64,000 nt of DNA from NCBI RefSeq assembly GCF_009914755.1, contig NC_060938.1; one strand, written 5' to 3'. The notes under the pieces were generated by a model, which did no database searches, had not been told where the DNA came from, and saw only the letters and a list, made by a program, of their open reading frames with translations. Below, piece by piece: positions 44,201 through 59,200 of the stretch (positions are counted from its first letter, which is position 1; every line of letters starts with the position of its first letter). Position numbers and translations under genes: made by a program. The DNA is from the human T2T-CHM13v2.0 reference genome, Homo sapiens.

Positions 44201-47200
44201 GAATGCTTCTGTCGAGATTTTATATGAAGATATTCCCGTTTCCAACGAAATGCTGAAATCTATCCAAATATCCCCTCGCAGATTCTACAAAAAGAGTGTT
44301 TCAAAACTGCTCTGTGAAAAGAAAGGTTCAACTCTGTTAGTTGAGTACACACATCACAAACAAGTTTCACAGAATGCTTCTTTCTAGCTTGTAGGGGAAG
44401 ATATTCCCTTTATCACCATGGGCCTCCAACCGTCCGAAACATCCACTTCCATATACTACAAAAAGAGCGTTTCAAACCTGCTCTATGAAAGGCAATGTTC
44501 AACTCTGTGACTTGAATGCAGACATCACAGAGCAGTTTCTGAGAATGCTTCTGTCTAGATTTTATAGGAAGATATTCCCGTTTCCAACGAAATCTTCACA
44601 GCTATCCAAATATCCACTTGCAGATTCTACAAAAAGAGTGTATCAAAACTGCTCTGTCAAAAGGAAGGTTCTTCTCTGTTAGGTGAGTGCATACGTCATA
44701 AAGGAGTTTCTGAGAATGTTTCTGTCTAGTGGTTATGGGAAGATACTTGCTTTTTCACCGTAGGCCTCAGAGCGCTCCAAATATCCACTTGCACATACTA
44801 CAAAAAGAGTGCTTCAAAGCTGCTCTCTGAAACGGAATGTTCAACTCTATGAGTTGAATGCAAACATCACAAAGACGTTTCTGAGAATGCTTCTGTCTAG
44901 ATTTGATATGAAGATATTCCCGTTTCCAACGAAATCTTCAAATGTATCCAAATGTCCACTTGCAGATTCAACAAAAAGTGTTTTTCAGAACTGCTCTATC
45001 AAAAGTAAGATCCACCTCTGTTAGCTGAGTTCACACCTCACAAACAAGTTTATGAGAATGCTTCTGTCTAGTTTTTATTTGAAGATATTTCCTTTCTCAC
45101 CATAGAGCTGAAAGCTGTCCTAATGTTCACTTCCAGATACTACAGAAAGAGTGTTTCAAAACTGCTGTACGAAAGGGAATGTTCAACTCTGTGACTTGAA
45201 TGCACACATCACAAAGAAGTTTCTGAGGATGCTGCTGTCTACTTTTTATACGTAATCCCGTTTCCAACGAAATCCTCCAAGCTATCCAAATATCCACTTG
45301 CAGATTCCACAGAAAGACTGTTTCAAAACTGCTCTGTCAATAGAAAGGTTCAACTCTGTTAGCTGCATGCATATATCCCAAAGAAGATTCTGAGATTGCT
45401 TCTGTCTAGTTTTTATGGGAAGATATTTCCCTTTTCACCGTAGGCGTCAAGGCGCTCCAAATGTCCACTTCCAGATACTACAAAAAGAGTGTTTCAAACC
45501 TACTCTGTGAAAGGGAATATTCAACTCTGTGACTTGAATGCACATATCACAAGGAAGTTTCTGAGAATGCTTCTGTCGAGATTTTATATGAAGATATTCC
45601 CGTTTCCAACGAAATCCTGAAATGTATCCAAATATCCCCTTGCAGATTCTACAAAAAGAGTGTTTCAAAACTGCTCTGTAAAAAGAAAGGTTCAACTCTG
45701 TTAGTTGAGTACACACATCACAAACAAGTTTCACACAATGCTTCTTTCTAGCTTGTAGGGGAAGATATTCCCTTTATCACCATGGGCCTCAAACCGTCCG
45801 ATAAGTCCACTTCCATATACTACAAAAAGAGCGTTTCAAACCTGCTCTATGAAAGGCAATGTTCAACTCTGTGACTTGAATGCAGACATCACAGAGCAGT
45901 TTCTGAGAATGCTTCTGTCTAGATTTTATAGGAAGATATTCCCGTTTCCAATGAAATCTTCACAGCTATCCAAATATCCACTTGCAGATTCTACAAAAAG
46001 AGTGTATCAAAACTGCTCTGTCAAAAGGAAGGTTCTTCTCTGTTAGGTGAGTGCATACGTCATAAAGGAGTTTCTGAGAATGTTTCTGTCTAGTGGTTAT
46101 GGGAAGATATTTGCTTTTTCACCGTAGGCCTCAGAGCGCTCCAAATATCCACTTGCACATACTACAAAAAGAGTGCTTCAAAGATGCTCTCTGAAACGGA
46201 ATGTTCAACTCTATGAGTTGAATGCAAACATCACAAAGACGTTTCTGAGAATGCTTCTGTCTAGATTTGATATGAAGATATTCCCGTTTCCAACGAAATC
46301 TTCAAATCTATCCAAATGTCCACTTGCAGATTCAACAAAAAGTGTTTTTCAGAACTGCTCTATCAAAAGAAAGATCCACCTCTGTTAGCTGAGTTCACAC
46401 ATCACAAACAAGTTTATGAGAATGCTTCTGTCTAGTTTTTATTTGAAGATATTTCCTTTCTCACCATAGAGCTGAAAGCTGTCCTAATGTTCACTTCCAG
46501 ATACTACAGAAAGAGTGTTTCAAAACTGCTGTACGAAAGGGAATGTTCAACTCTGTGACTTGAATGCACACATCACAAAGAAGTTTCTGAGGATGCTGCT
46601 GTCTACTTTTTATACGTAATCCCGTTTCCAACGAAATCCTCCAAGCTATCCAAATATCCACTTGCAGATTCCACAGAAAGACTGTTTCAAAACTGCTCTG
46701 TCAATAGAAAGGTTCAACTCTGTTAGCTGCATGCATATATCCCAAAGAAGATTCTGAGATTGCTTCTGTCTAGTTTTTATGGGAAGATATTTCCCTTTTC
46801 ACCGTAGGCGTCAAGGCGCTCCAAATGTCCACTTCCAGATACTACAAAAAGAGTGTTTCAAACCTACTCTGTGAAAGGGAATATTCAACTCTGTGACCTG
46901 AATGCACATATCACAAGGAAGTTTCTGAGAATGCTTCTGTCGAGATTTTATATGAAGATATTCCCGTTTCCAACGAAATCCTGAAATCTATCCAAATATC
47001 CCCTTGCAGATTCTACAAAAAGAGTGTTTCAAAACTGCTCTGTGAAAAGAAAGGTTCAACTCTGTTAGTTGAGTACACACATCACAAACAAGTTTCACAG
47101 AATGCTTCTTTCTAGCTTGTAGGGGAAGATATTCCCTTTATCACCATGGGCCTCCAACCGTCCGAAACATCCACTTCCATATACTACAAAAAGAGCGTTT

Positions 47201-50200
47201 CAAACCTGCTCTATGAAAGGCAATGTTCAACTCTGTGACTTGAATGCAGACATCACAGAGCAGTTTCTGAGAATGCTTCTGTCTAGATTTTATAGGAAGA
47301 TATTCCCGTTTCCAACGAAATCTTCACAGCTATCCAAATATCCACTTGCAGATTCTACAAAAAGAGTGTATCAAAACTGCTCTGTCAAAAGGAAGGTTCT
47401 TCTCTGTTAGGTGAGTGCATACGTCATAAAGGAGTTTCTGAGAATGTTTCTGTCTAGTGGTTATGGGAAGATATTTGCTTTTTCACCGTAGGCCTCAGAG
47501 CGCTCCAAATATCCACTTGCACATACTACAAAAAGAGTGCTTCAAAGCTGCTCTCTGAAACGGAATGTTCAACTCTATGAGTTGAATGCAAACATCACAA
47601 AGACGTTTCTGAGAATGCTTCTGTCTAGATTTGATATGAAGATATTCCCGTTTCCAACGAAATCTTCAAATCTATCCAAATGTCCACTTGCAGATTCAAC
47701 AAAAAGTGTTTTTCAGAACTGCTCTATCAAAAGAAAGATCCACCTCTGTTAGCTGAGTTCACACATCACAAACAAGTTTATGAGAATGCTTCTGTCTAGT
47801 TTTTATTTGAAGATATTTCCTTTCTCACCATAGAGCTGAAAGCTGTCCTAATGTTCACTTCCAGATACTACAGAAAGAGTGTTTCAAAACTGCTGTACGA
47901 AAGGGAATGTTCAACTCTGTGACTTGAATGCACACATCACAAAGAAGTTTCTGAGGATGCTGCTGTCTACTTTTTATACGTAATCCCGTTTCCAACGAAA
48001 TCCTCCAAGCTATCCAAATATCCACTTGCAGATTCCACAGAAAGACTGTTTCAAAACTGCTCTGTCAATAGAAAGGTTCAACTCTGTTAGCTGCATGCAT
48101 ATATCCCAAAGAAGATTCTGAGATTGCTTCTGTCTAGTTTTTATGGGAAGATATTTCCCTTTTCACCGTAGGCGTCAAGGCGCTCCAAATGTCCACTTCC
48201 AGATACTACAAAAAGAGTGTTTCAAACCTACTCTGTGAAAGGGAATATTCAACTCTGTGACTTGAATGCACATATCACAAGGAAGTTTCTGAGAATGCTT
48301 CTGTCGAGATTTTATATGAAGATATTCCCGTTTCCAACGAAATCCTGAAATGTATCCAAATATCCCCTTGCAGATTCTACAAAAAGAGTGTTTCAAAACT
48401 GCTCTGTAAAAAGAAAGGTTCAACTCTGTTAGTTGAGTACACACATCACAAAGAAGTTTCACACAATGCTTCTTTCTAGCTTGTAGGGGAAGATATTCCC
48501 TTTATCACCATGGGCCTCAAACCGTCCGATAAGTCCACTTCCATATACTACAAAAAGAGCGTTTCAAACCTGCTCTATGAAAGGCAATGTTCAACTCTGT
48601 GACTTGAATGCAGACATCACAGAGCAGTTTCTGAGAATGCTTCTGTCTAGATTTTATAGGAAGATATTCCCGTTTCCAACGAAATCTTCACAGCTATCCA
48701 AATATCCACTTGCAGATTCTACAAAAAGAGTGTATCAAAACTGCTCTGTCAAAAGGAAGGTTCTTTTCTGTTAGGTGAGTGCATACGTCATAAAGGAGTT
48801 TCTGAGAATGTTTCTGTCTAGTGGTTATGGGAAGATATTTGCTTTTTCACCGTAGGCCTCAGAGCGCTCCAAATATCCACTTGCACATACTACAAAAAGA
48901 GTGCCTCAAAGCTGCTCTCTGAAACGGAATGTTCAACTCTATGAGTTGAATGCAAACATCGCAAAGACGTTTCTGAGAATGCTTCTGTCTAGATTTGATA
49001 TGAAGATATTCCCGTTTCCAACGAAATCTTCAAATCTATCCAAATGTCCACTTGCAGATTCAACAAAAAGTGTTTTTCAGAACTGCTCTATCAAAAGAAA
49101 GATCCACCTCTGTTAGCTGAGTTCACACATCACAAACAAGTTTATGAGAATGCTTCTGTCTAGTTTTTATTTGAAGATATTTCCTTTCTCACCATAGAGC
49201 TGAAAGCTGTCCTAATGTTCACTTCCAGATACTACAGAAAGAGTGTTTCAAAACTGCTGTACGAAAGGGAATGTTCAACTATGTGACTTGAATGCACACA
49301 TCACAAAGAAGTTTCTGAGGATGCTGCTGTCTACTTTTTATACGTAATCCCGTTTCCAACGAAATCCTCCAAGCTATCCAAATATCCACTTGCAGATTCC
49401 ACAGAAAGACTGTTTCAAAACTGCTCTGTCAATAGAAAGGTTCAACTCTGTTAGCTGCGTGCATATATCCCAAAGAAGATTCTGAGATTGCTTCTGTCTA
49501 GTTTTTATGGGAAGATATTTCCCTTTTCACCGTAGGTGTCAAGGCGCTCCAAATGTCCACTTCCAGATACTACAAAAAGAGTGTTTCAAACCTACTCTGT
49601 GAAAGGGAATATTCAACTCTGTGACTTGAATGCACATATCACAAAGAAGTTTCTGAGAATGCTTCTGTCGAGATTTTATATGAAGATATTCCCGTTTCCA
49701 ACGAAATGCTGAAATCTATCCAAATATCCCCTCGCAGATTCTACAAAAAGAGTGTTTCAAAACTGCTCTGTGAAAAGAAAGGTTCAACTCTGTTAGTTGA
49801 GTACACACATCACAAACAAGTTTCACAGAATGCTTCTTTCTAGCTTGTAGGGGAAGATATTCCCTTTATCACCATGGGCCTCCAACCGTCCGAAACATCC
49901 ACTTCCATATACTACAAAAAGAGCGTTTCAAACCTGCTCTATGAAAGGCAATGTTCAACTCTGTGACTTGAATGCAGACATCACAGAGCAGTTTCTGAGA
50001 ATGCTTCTGTCTAGATTTTATAGGAAGATATTCCCGTTTCCAACGAAATCTTCACAGCTATCCAAATATCCACTTGCAGATTCTACAAAAAGAGTGTATC
50101 AAAACTGCTCTGTCAAAAGGAAGGTTCTTCTCTGTTAGGTGAGTGCATACGTCATAAAGGAGTTTCTGAGAATGTTTCTGTCTAGTGGTTATGGGAAGAT

Positions 50201-53200
50201 ATTTGCTTTTTCACCGTAGGCCTCAGAGCGCTCCAAATATCCACTTGCACATACTACAAAAAGAGTGCTTCAAAGCTGCTCTCTGAAACGGAATGTTCAA
50301 CTCTATGAGTTGAATGCAAACATCACAAAGACGTTTCTGAGAATGCTTCTGTCTAGATTTGATATGAAGATATTCCCGTTTCCAACGAAATCTTCAAATC
50401 TATCCAAATGTCCACTTGCAGATTCAACAAAAAGTGTTTTTCAGAACTGCTCTATCAAAAGAAAGATCCACCTCTGTTAGCTGAGTTCACACATCACAAA
50501 CAAGTTTATGAGAATGCTTCTGTCTAGTTTTTATTTGAAGATATTTCCTTTCTCACCATAGAGCTGAAAGCTGTCCTAATGTTCACTTCCAGATACTACA
50601 GAAAGAGTGTTTCAAAACTGCTGTACGAAAGGGAATGTTCAACTCTGTGACTTGAATGCACACATCACAAAGAAGTTTCTGAGGATGCTGCTGTCTACTT
50701 TTTATACGTAATCCCGTTTCCAACGAAATCCTCCAAGCTATCCAAATATCCACTTGCAGATTCCACAGAAAGACTGTTTCAAAACTGCTCTGTCAATAGA
50801 AAGGTTCAACTCTGTTAGCTGCATGCATATATCCCAAAGAAGATTCTGAGATTGCTTCTGTCTAGTTTTTATGGGAAGATATTTCCCTTTTCACCGTAGG
50901 CGTCAAGGCGCTCCAAATGTCCACTTCCAGATACTACAAAAAGAGTGTTTCAAACCTACTCTGTGAAAGGGAATATTCAACTCTGTGACTTGAATGCACA
51001 TATCACAAGGAAGTTTCTGAGAATGCTTCTGTCGAGATTTTATATGAAGATATTCCCGTTTCCAACGAAATCCTGAAATGTATCCAAATATCCCCTTGCA
51101 GATTCTACAAAAAGAGTGTTTCAAAACTGCTCTGTAAAAAGAAAGGTTCAACTCTGTTAGTTGAGTACACACATCACAAAGAAGTTTCACACAATGCTTC
51201 TTTCTAGCTTGTAGGGGAAGATATTCCCTTTATCACCATGGGCCTCAAACCGTCCGATAAGTCCACTTCCATATACTACAAAAAGAGCGTTTCAAACCTG
51301 CTCTATGAAAGGCAATGTTCAACTCTGTGACTTGAATGCAGACATCACAGAGCAGTTTCTGAGAATGCTTCTGTCTAGATTTTATAGGAAGATATTCCCG
51401 TTTCCAACGAAATCTTCACAGCTATCCAAATATCCACTTGCAGATTCTACAAAAAGAGTGTATCAAAACTGCCCTGTCAAAAGGAAGGTTCTTTTCTGTT
51501 AGGTGAGTGCATACGTCATAAAGGAGTTTCTGAGAATGTTTCTGTCTAGTGGTTATGGGAAGATATTTGCTTTTTCACCGTAGGCCTCAGAGCGCTCCAA
51601 ATATCCACTTGCACATACTACAAAAAGAGTGCCTCAAAGCTGCTCTCTGAAACGGAATGTTCAACTCTATGAGTTGAATGCAAACATCGCAAAGACGTTT
51701 CTGAGAATGCTTCTGTCTAGATTTGATATGAAGATATTCCCGTTTCCAACGAAATCTTCAAATCTATCCAAATGTCCACTTGCAGATTCAACAAAAAGTG
51801 TTTTTCAGAACTGCTCTATCAAAAGAAAGATCCACCTCTGTTAGCTGAGTTCACACATCACAAACAAGTTTATGAGAATGCTTCTGTCTAGTTTTTATTT
51901 GAAGATATTTCCTTTCTCACCATAGAGCTGAAAGCTGTCCTAATGTTCACTTCCAGATACTACAGAAAGAGTGTTTCAAAACTGCTGTACGAAAGGGAAT
52001 GTTCAACTCTGTGACTTGAATGCACACATCACAAAGAAGTTTCTGAGGATGCTGCTGTCTACTTTTTATACGTAATCCCGTTTCCAACGATATCCTCCAA
52101 GCTATCCAAATATCCACTTGCAGATTCCACAGAAAGACTGTTTCAAAACTGCTCTGTCAATAGAAAGGTTCAACTCTGTTAGCTGCGTGCATATATCCCA
52201 AAGAAGATTCTGAGATTGCTTCTGTCTAGTTTTTATGGGAAGATATTTCCCTTTTCACCGTAGGCGTCAAGGCGCTCCAAATGTCCACTTCCAGATACTA
52301 CAAAAAGAGTGTTTCAAACCTACTCTGTGAAAGGGAATATTCAACTCTGTGACTTGAATGCACATATCACAAAGAAGTTTCTGAGAATGCTTCTGTCGAG
52401 ATTTTATATGAAGATATTCCCGTTTCCAACCAAGTGCTGAAATCTATCCAAATATCCCCTCGCAGATTCTACAAAAAGAGTGTTTCAAAACTGCTCTGTG
52501 AAAAGAAAGGTTCAACTCTGTTAGTTGAGTACACACATCACAAACAAGTTTCACAGAATGCTTCTTTCTAGCTTGTAGGGGAAGATATTCCCTTTATCAC
52601 CATGGGCCTCCAACCGTCCGAAACATCCACTTCCATATACTACAAAAAGAGCGTTTCAAACCTGCTCTATGAAAGGCAATGTTCAACTCTGTGACTTGAA
52701 TGCAGACATCACAGAGCAGTTTCTGAGAATGCTTCTGTCTAGATTTTATAGGAAGATATTCCCGTTTCCAACGAAATCTTCACAGCTATCCAAATATCCA
52801 CTTGCAGATTCTACAAAAAGAGTGTATCAAAACTGCTCTGTCAAAAGGAAGGTTCTTCTCTGTTAGGTGAGTGCATACGTCATAAAGGAGTTTCTGAGAA
52901 TGTTTCTGTCTAGTGGTTATGGGAAGATATTTGCTTTTTCACCGTAGGCCTCAGAGCGCTCCAAATATCCACTTGCACATACTACAAAAAGAGTGCTTCA
53001 AAGCTGCTCTCTGAAACGGAATGTTCAACTCTATGAGTTGAATGCAAACATCACAAAGACGTTTCTGAGAATGCTTCTGTCTAGATTTGATATGAAGATA
53101 TTCCCGTTTCCAACGAAATCTTCAAATCTATCCAAATGTCCACTTGCAGATTCAACAAAAAGTGTTTTTCAGAACTGCTCTATCAAAAGAAAGATCCACC

Positions 53201-56200
53201 TCTGTTAGCTGAGTTCACACATCACAAACAAGTTTATGAGAATGCTTCTGTCTAGTTTTTATTTGAAGATATTTCCTTTCTCACCATAGAGCTGAAAGCT
53301 GTCCTAATGTTCACTTCCAGATACTACAGAAAGAGTGTTTCAAAACTGCTGTACGAAAGGGAATGTTCAACTCTGTGACTTGAATGCACACATCACAAAG
53401 AAGTTTCTGAGGATGCTGCTGTCTACTTTTTATACGTAATCCCGTTTCCAACGAAATCCTCCAAGCTATCCAAATATCCACTTGCAGATTCCACAGAAAG
53501 ACTGTTTCAAAACTGCTCTGTCAATAGAAAGGTTCAACTCTGTTAGCTGCGTGCATATATCCCAAAGAAGATTCTGAGATTGCTTCTGTCTAGTTTTTAT
53601 GGGAAGATATTTCCCTTTTCACCGTAGGCGTCAAGGCGCTCCAAATGTCCACTTCCAGATACTACAAAAAGAGTGTTTCAAACCTACTCTGTGAAAGGGA
53701 ATATTCAACTCTGTGACTTGAATGCACATATCACAAGGAAGTTTCTGAGAATGCTTCTGTCGAGATTTTATATGAAGATATTCCCGGTTCCAACGAAATC
53801 CTGAAATGTATCCAAATATCCCCTTGCAGATTCTACAAAAAGAGTGTTTCAAAACTGCTCTGTAAAAAGAAAGGTTCAACTCTGTTAGTTGAGTACACAC
53901 ATCACAAAGAAGTTTCACACAATGCTTCTTTCTAGCTTGTAGGGGAAGATATTCCCTTTATCACCATGGGCCTCAAACCGTCCGATAAGTCCACTTCCAT
54001 ATACTACAAAAAGAGCGTTTCAAACCTGCTCTATGAAAGGCAATGTTCAACTCTGTGACTTGAATGCAGACATCACAGAGCAGTTTCTGAGAATGCTTCT
54101 GTCTAGATTTTATAGGAAGATATTCCCGTTTCCAACGAAATCTTCACAGCTATCCAAATATCCACTTGCAGATTCTACAAAAAGAGTGTATCAAAACTGC
54201 CCTGTCAAAAGGAAGGTTCTTTTCTGTTAGGTGAGTGCATACGTCATAAAGGAGTTTCTGAGAATGTTTCTGTCTAGTGGTTATGGGAAGATATTTGCTT
54301 TTTCACCGTAGGCCTCAGAGCGCTCCAAATATCCACTTGCACATACTACAAAAAGAGTGCCTCAAAGCTGCTCTCTGAAACGGAATGTTCAACTCTATGA
54401 GTTGAATGCAAACATCGCAAAGACGTTTCTGAGAATGCTTCTGTCTAGATTTGATATGAAGATATTCCCGTTTCCAACGAAATCTTCAAATCTATCCAAA
54501 TGTCCACTTGCAGATTCAACAAAAAGTGTTTTTCAGAACTGCTCTATCAAAAGAAAGATCCACCTCTGTTAGCTGAGTTCACACATCACAAACAAGTTTA
54601 TGAGAATGCTTCTGTCTAGTTTTTATTTGAAGATATTTCCTTTCTCACCATAGAGCTGAAAGCTGTCCTAATGTTCACTTCCAGATACTACAGAAAGAGT
54701 GTTTCAAAACTGCTGTACGAAAGGGAATGTTCAACTATGTGACTTGAATGCACACATCACAAAGAAGTTTCTGAGGATGCTGCTGTCTACTTTTTATACG
54801 TAATCCCGTTTCCAACGAAATCCTCCAAGCTATCCAAATATCCACTTGCAGATTCCACAGAAAGACTGTTTCAAAACTGCTCTGTCAATAGAAAGGTTCA
54901 ACTCTGTTAGCTGCGTGCATATATCCCAAAGAAGATTCTGAGATTGCTTCTGTCTAGTTTTTATGGGAAGATATTTCCCTTTTCACCGTAGGCGTCAAGG
55001 CGCTCCAAATGTCCACTTCCAGATACTACAAAAAGAGTGTTTCAAACCTACTCTGTGAAAGGGAATATTCAACTCTGTGACTTGAATGCACATATCACAA
55101 GGAAGTTTCTGAGAATGCTTCTGTCGAGATTTTATATGAAGATATTCCCGTTTCCAACCAAATGCTGAAATCTATCCAAATATCCCCTCGCAGATTCTAC
55201 AAAAAGAGTGTTTCAAAACTGCTCTGTGAAAAGAAAGGTTCAACTCTGTTAGTTGAGTACACACATCACAAACAAGTTTCACAGAATGCTTCTTTCTAGC
55301 TTGTAGGGGAAGATATTCCCTTTATCACCATGGGCCTCCAACCGTCCGAAACATCCACTTCCATATACTACAAAAAGAGCGTTTCAAACCTGCTCTATGA
55401 AAGGCAATGTTCAACTCTGTGACTTGAATGCAGACATCACAGAGCAGTTTCTGAGAATGCTTCTGTCTAGATTTTATAGGAAGATATTCCCGTTTCCAAC
55501 GAAATCTTCACAGCTATCCAAATATCCACTTGCAGATTCTACAAAAAGAGTGTATCAAAACTGCCCTGTCAAAAGGAAGGTTCTTTTCTGTTAGGTGAGT
55601 GCATACGTCATAAAGGAGTTTCTGAGAATGTTTCTGTCTAGTGGTTATGGGAAGATATTTGCTTTTTCACCGTAGGCCTCAGAGCGCTCCAAATATCCCC
55701 TTGCACATACTACAAAAAGAGTGCCTCAAAGCTGCTCTCTGAAACGGAATGTTCAACTCTATGAGTTGAATGCAAACATCGCAAAGACGTTTCTGAGAAT
55801 GCTTCTGTCTAGATTTGATATGAAGATATTCCCGTTTCCAACGAAATCTTCAAATCTATCCAAATGTCCACTTGCAGATTCAACAAAAAGTGTTTTTCAG
55901 AACTGCTCTATCAAAAGAAAGATCCACCTCTGTTAGCTGAGTTCACACATCACAAACAAGTTTATGAGAATGCTTCTGTCTAGTTTTTATTTGAAGATAT
56001 TTCCTTTCTCACCATAGAGCTGAAAGCTGTCCTAATGTTCACTTCCAGATACTACAGAAAGAGTGTTTCAAAACTGCTGTACGAAAGGGAATGTTCAACT
56101 ATGTGACTTGAATGCACACATCACAAAGAAGTTTCTGAGGATGCTGCTGTCTACTTTTTATACGTAATCCCGTTTCCAACGAAATCCTCCAAGCTATCCA

Positions 56201-59200
56201 AATATCCACTTGCAGATTCCACAGAAAGACTGTTTCAAAACTGCTCTGTCAATAGAAAGGTTCAACTCTGTTAGCTGCGTGCATATATCCCAAAGAAGAT
56301 TCTGAGATTGCTTCTGTCTAGTTTTTATGGGAAGATATTTCCCTTTTCACCGTAGGCGTCAAGGCGCTCCAAATGTCCACTTCCAGATACTACAAAAAGA
56401 GTGTTTCAAACCTACTCTGTGAAAGGGAATATTCAACTCTGTGACTTGAATGCACATATCACAAAGAAGTTTCTGAGAATGCTTCTGTCGAGATTTTATA
56501 TGAAGATATTCCCGTTTCCAACCAAATGCTGAAATCTATCCAAATATCCCCTCGCAGATTCTACAAAAAGAGTGTTTCAAAACTGCTCTGTGAAAAGAAA
56601 GGTTCAACTCTGTTAGTTGAGTACACACATCACAAACAAGTTTCACAGAATGCTTCTTTCTAGCTTGTAGGGGAAGATATTCCCTTTATCACCATGGGCC
56701 TCCAACCGTCCGAAACATCCACTTCCATATACTACAAAAAGAGCGTTTCAAACCTGCTCTATGAAAGGCAATGTTCAACTCTGTGACTTGAATGCAGACA
56801 TCACAGAGCAGTTTCTGAGAATGCTTCTGTCTAGATTTTATAGGAAGATATTCCCGTTTCCAACGAAATCTTCACAGCTATCCAAATATCCACTTGCAGA
56901 TTCTACAAAAAGAGTGTATCAAAACTGCTCTGTCAAAAGGAAGGTTCTTCTCTGTTAGGTGAGTGCATACGTCATAAAGGAGTTTCTGAGAATGTTTCTG
57001 TCTAGTGGTTATGGGAAGATATTTGCTTTTTCACCGTAGGCCTCAGAGCGCTCCAAATATCCACTTGCACATACTACAAAAAGAGTGCTTCAAAGCTGCT
57101 CTCTGAAACGGAATGTTCAACTCTATGAGTTGAATGCAAACATCACAAAGACGTTTCTGAGAATGCTTCTGTCTAGATTTGATATGAAGATATTCCCGTT
57201 TCCAACGAAATCTTCAAATCTATCCAAATGTCCACTTGCAGATTCAACAAAAAGTGTTTTTCAGAACTGCTCTATCAAAAGAAAGATCCACCTCTGTTAG
57301 CTGAGTTCACACCTCACAAACAAGTTTATGAGAATGCTTCTGTCTAGTTTTTATTTGAAGATATTTCCTTTCTCACCATAGAGCTGAAAGCTGTCCTAAT
57401 GTTCACTTCCAGATACTACAGAAAGAGTGTTTCAAAACTGCTGTACGAAAGGGAATGTTCAACTCTGTTACTTGAATGCACACATCACAAAGAAGTTTCT
57501 GAGGATGCTGCTGTCTACTTTTTATACGTAATCCCGTTTCCAACGAAATCCTCCAAGCTATCCAAATATCCACTTGCAGATTCCACAGAAAGACTGTTTC
57601 AAAACTGCTCTGTCAATAGAAAGGTTCAACTCTGTTAGCTGCGTGCATATATCCCAAAGAAGATTCTGAGATTGCTTCTGTCTAGTTTTTATGGGAAGAT
57701 ATTTCCCTTTTCACCGTAGGTGTCAAGGCGCTCCAAATGTCCACTTCCAGATACTACAAAAAGAGTGTTTCAAACCTACTCTGTGAAAGGGAATATTCAA
57801 CTCTGTGACTTGAATGCACATATCACAAAGAAGTTTCTGAGAATGCTTCTGTCGAGATTTTATATGAAGATATTCCCGTTTCCAACGAAATGCTGAAATC
57901 TATCCAAATATCCCCTCGCAGATTCTACAAAAAGAGTGTTTCAAAACTGCTCTGTGAAAAGAAAGGTTCAACTCTGTTAGTTGAGTACACACATCACAAA
58001 CAAGTTTCACAGAATGCTTCTTTCTAGCTTGTAGGGGAAGATATTCCCTTTATCACCATGGGCCTCCAACCGTCCGAAACATCCACTTCCCTATACTACA
58101 AAAAGAGCGTTTCAAACCTGCTCTATGAAAGGCAATGTTCAACTCTGTGACTTGAATGCAGACATCACAGAGCAGTTTCTGAGAATGCTTCTGTCTAGAT
58201 TTTATAGGAAGATATTCCCGTTTCCAACGAAATCTTCACAGCTATCCAAATATCCACTTGCAGATTCTACAAAAAGAGTGTATCAAAACTGCTCTGTCAA
58301 AAGGAAGGTTCTTCTCTGTTAGGTGAGTGCATACGTCATAAAGGAGTTTCTGAGAATGTTTCTGTCTAGTGGTTATGGGAAGATATTTGCTTTTTCACCG
58401 TAGGCCTCAGAGCGCTCCAAATATCCACTTGCACATACTACAAAAAGAGTGCCTCAAAGCTGCTCTCTGAAACGGAATGTTCAACTCTATGAGTTGAATG
58501 CAAACATCACAAAGACGTTTCTGAGAATGCTTCTGTGTAGATTTGATATGAAGATATTCCCGTTTCCAACGAAATCTTCAAATCTATCCAAATGTCCACT
58601 TGCAGATTCAACAAAAAGTGTTTTTCAGAACTGCTCTATCAAAAGAAAGATCCACCTCTGTTAGCTGAGTTCACACATCACAAACAAGTTTATGAGAATG
58701 CTTCTGTCTAGTTTTTATTTGAAGATATTTCCTTTCTCACCATAGAGCTGAAAGCTGTCCTAATGTTCACTTCCAGATACTACAGAAAGAGTGTTTCAAA
58801 ACTGCTGTACGAAAGGGAATGTTCAACTCTGTGACTTGAATGCACACATCACAAAGAAGTTTCTGAGGATGCTGCTGTCTACTTTTTATACGTAATCCCG
58901 TTTCCAACGAAATCCTCCAAGCTATCCAAATATCCACTTGCAGATTCCACAGAAAGACTGTTTCAAAACTGCTCTGTCAATAGAAAGGTTCAACTCTGTT
59001 AGCTGCATGCATATATCCCAAAGAAGATTCTGAGATTGCTTCTGTCTAGTTTTTATGGGAAGATATTTCCCTTTTCACCGTAGGCGTCAAGGCGCTCCAA
59101 ATGTCCACTTCCAGATACTACAAAAAGAGTGTTTCAAACCTACTCTGTGAAAGGGAATATTCAACTCTGTGACTTGAATGCACATATCACAAGGAAGTTT

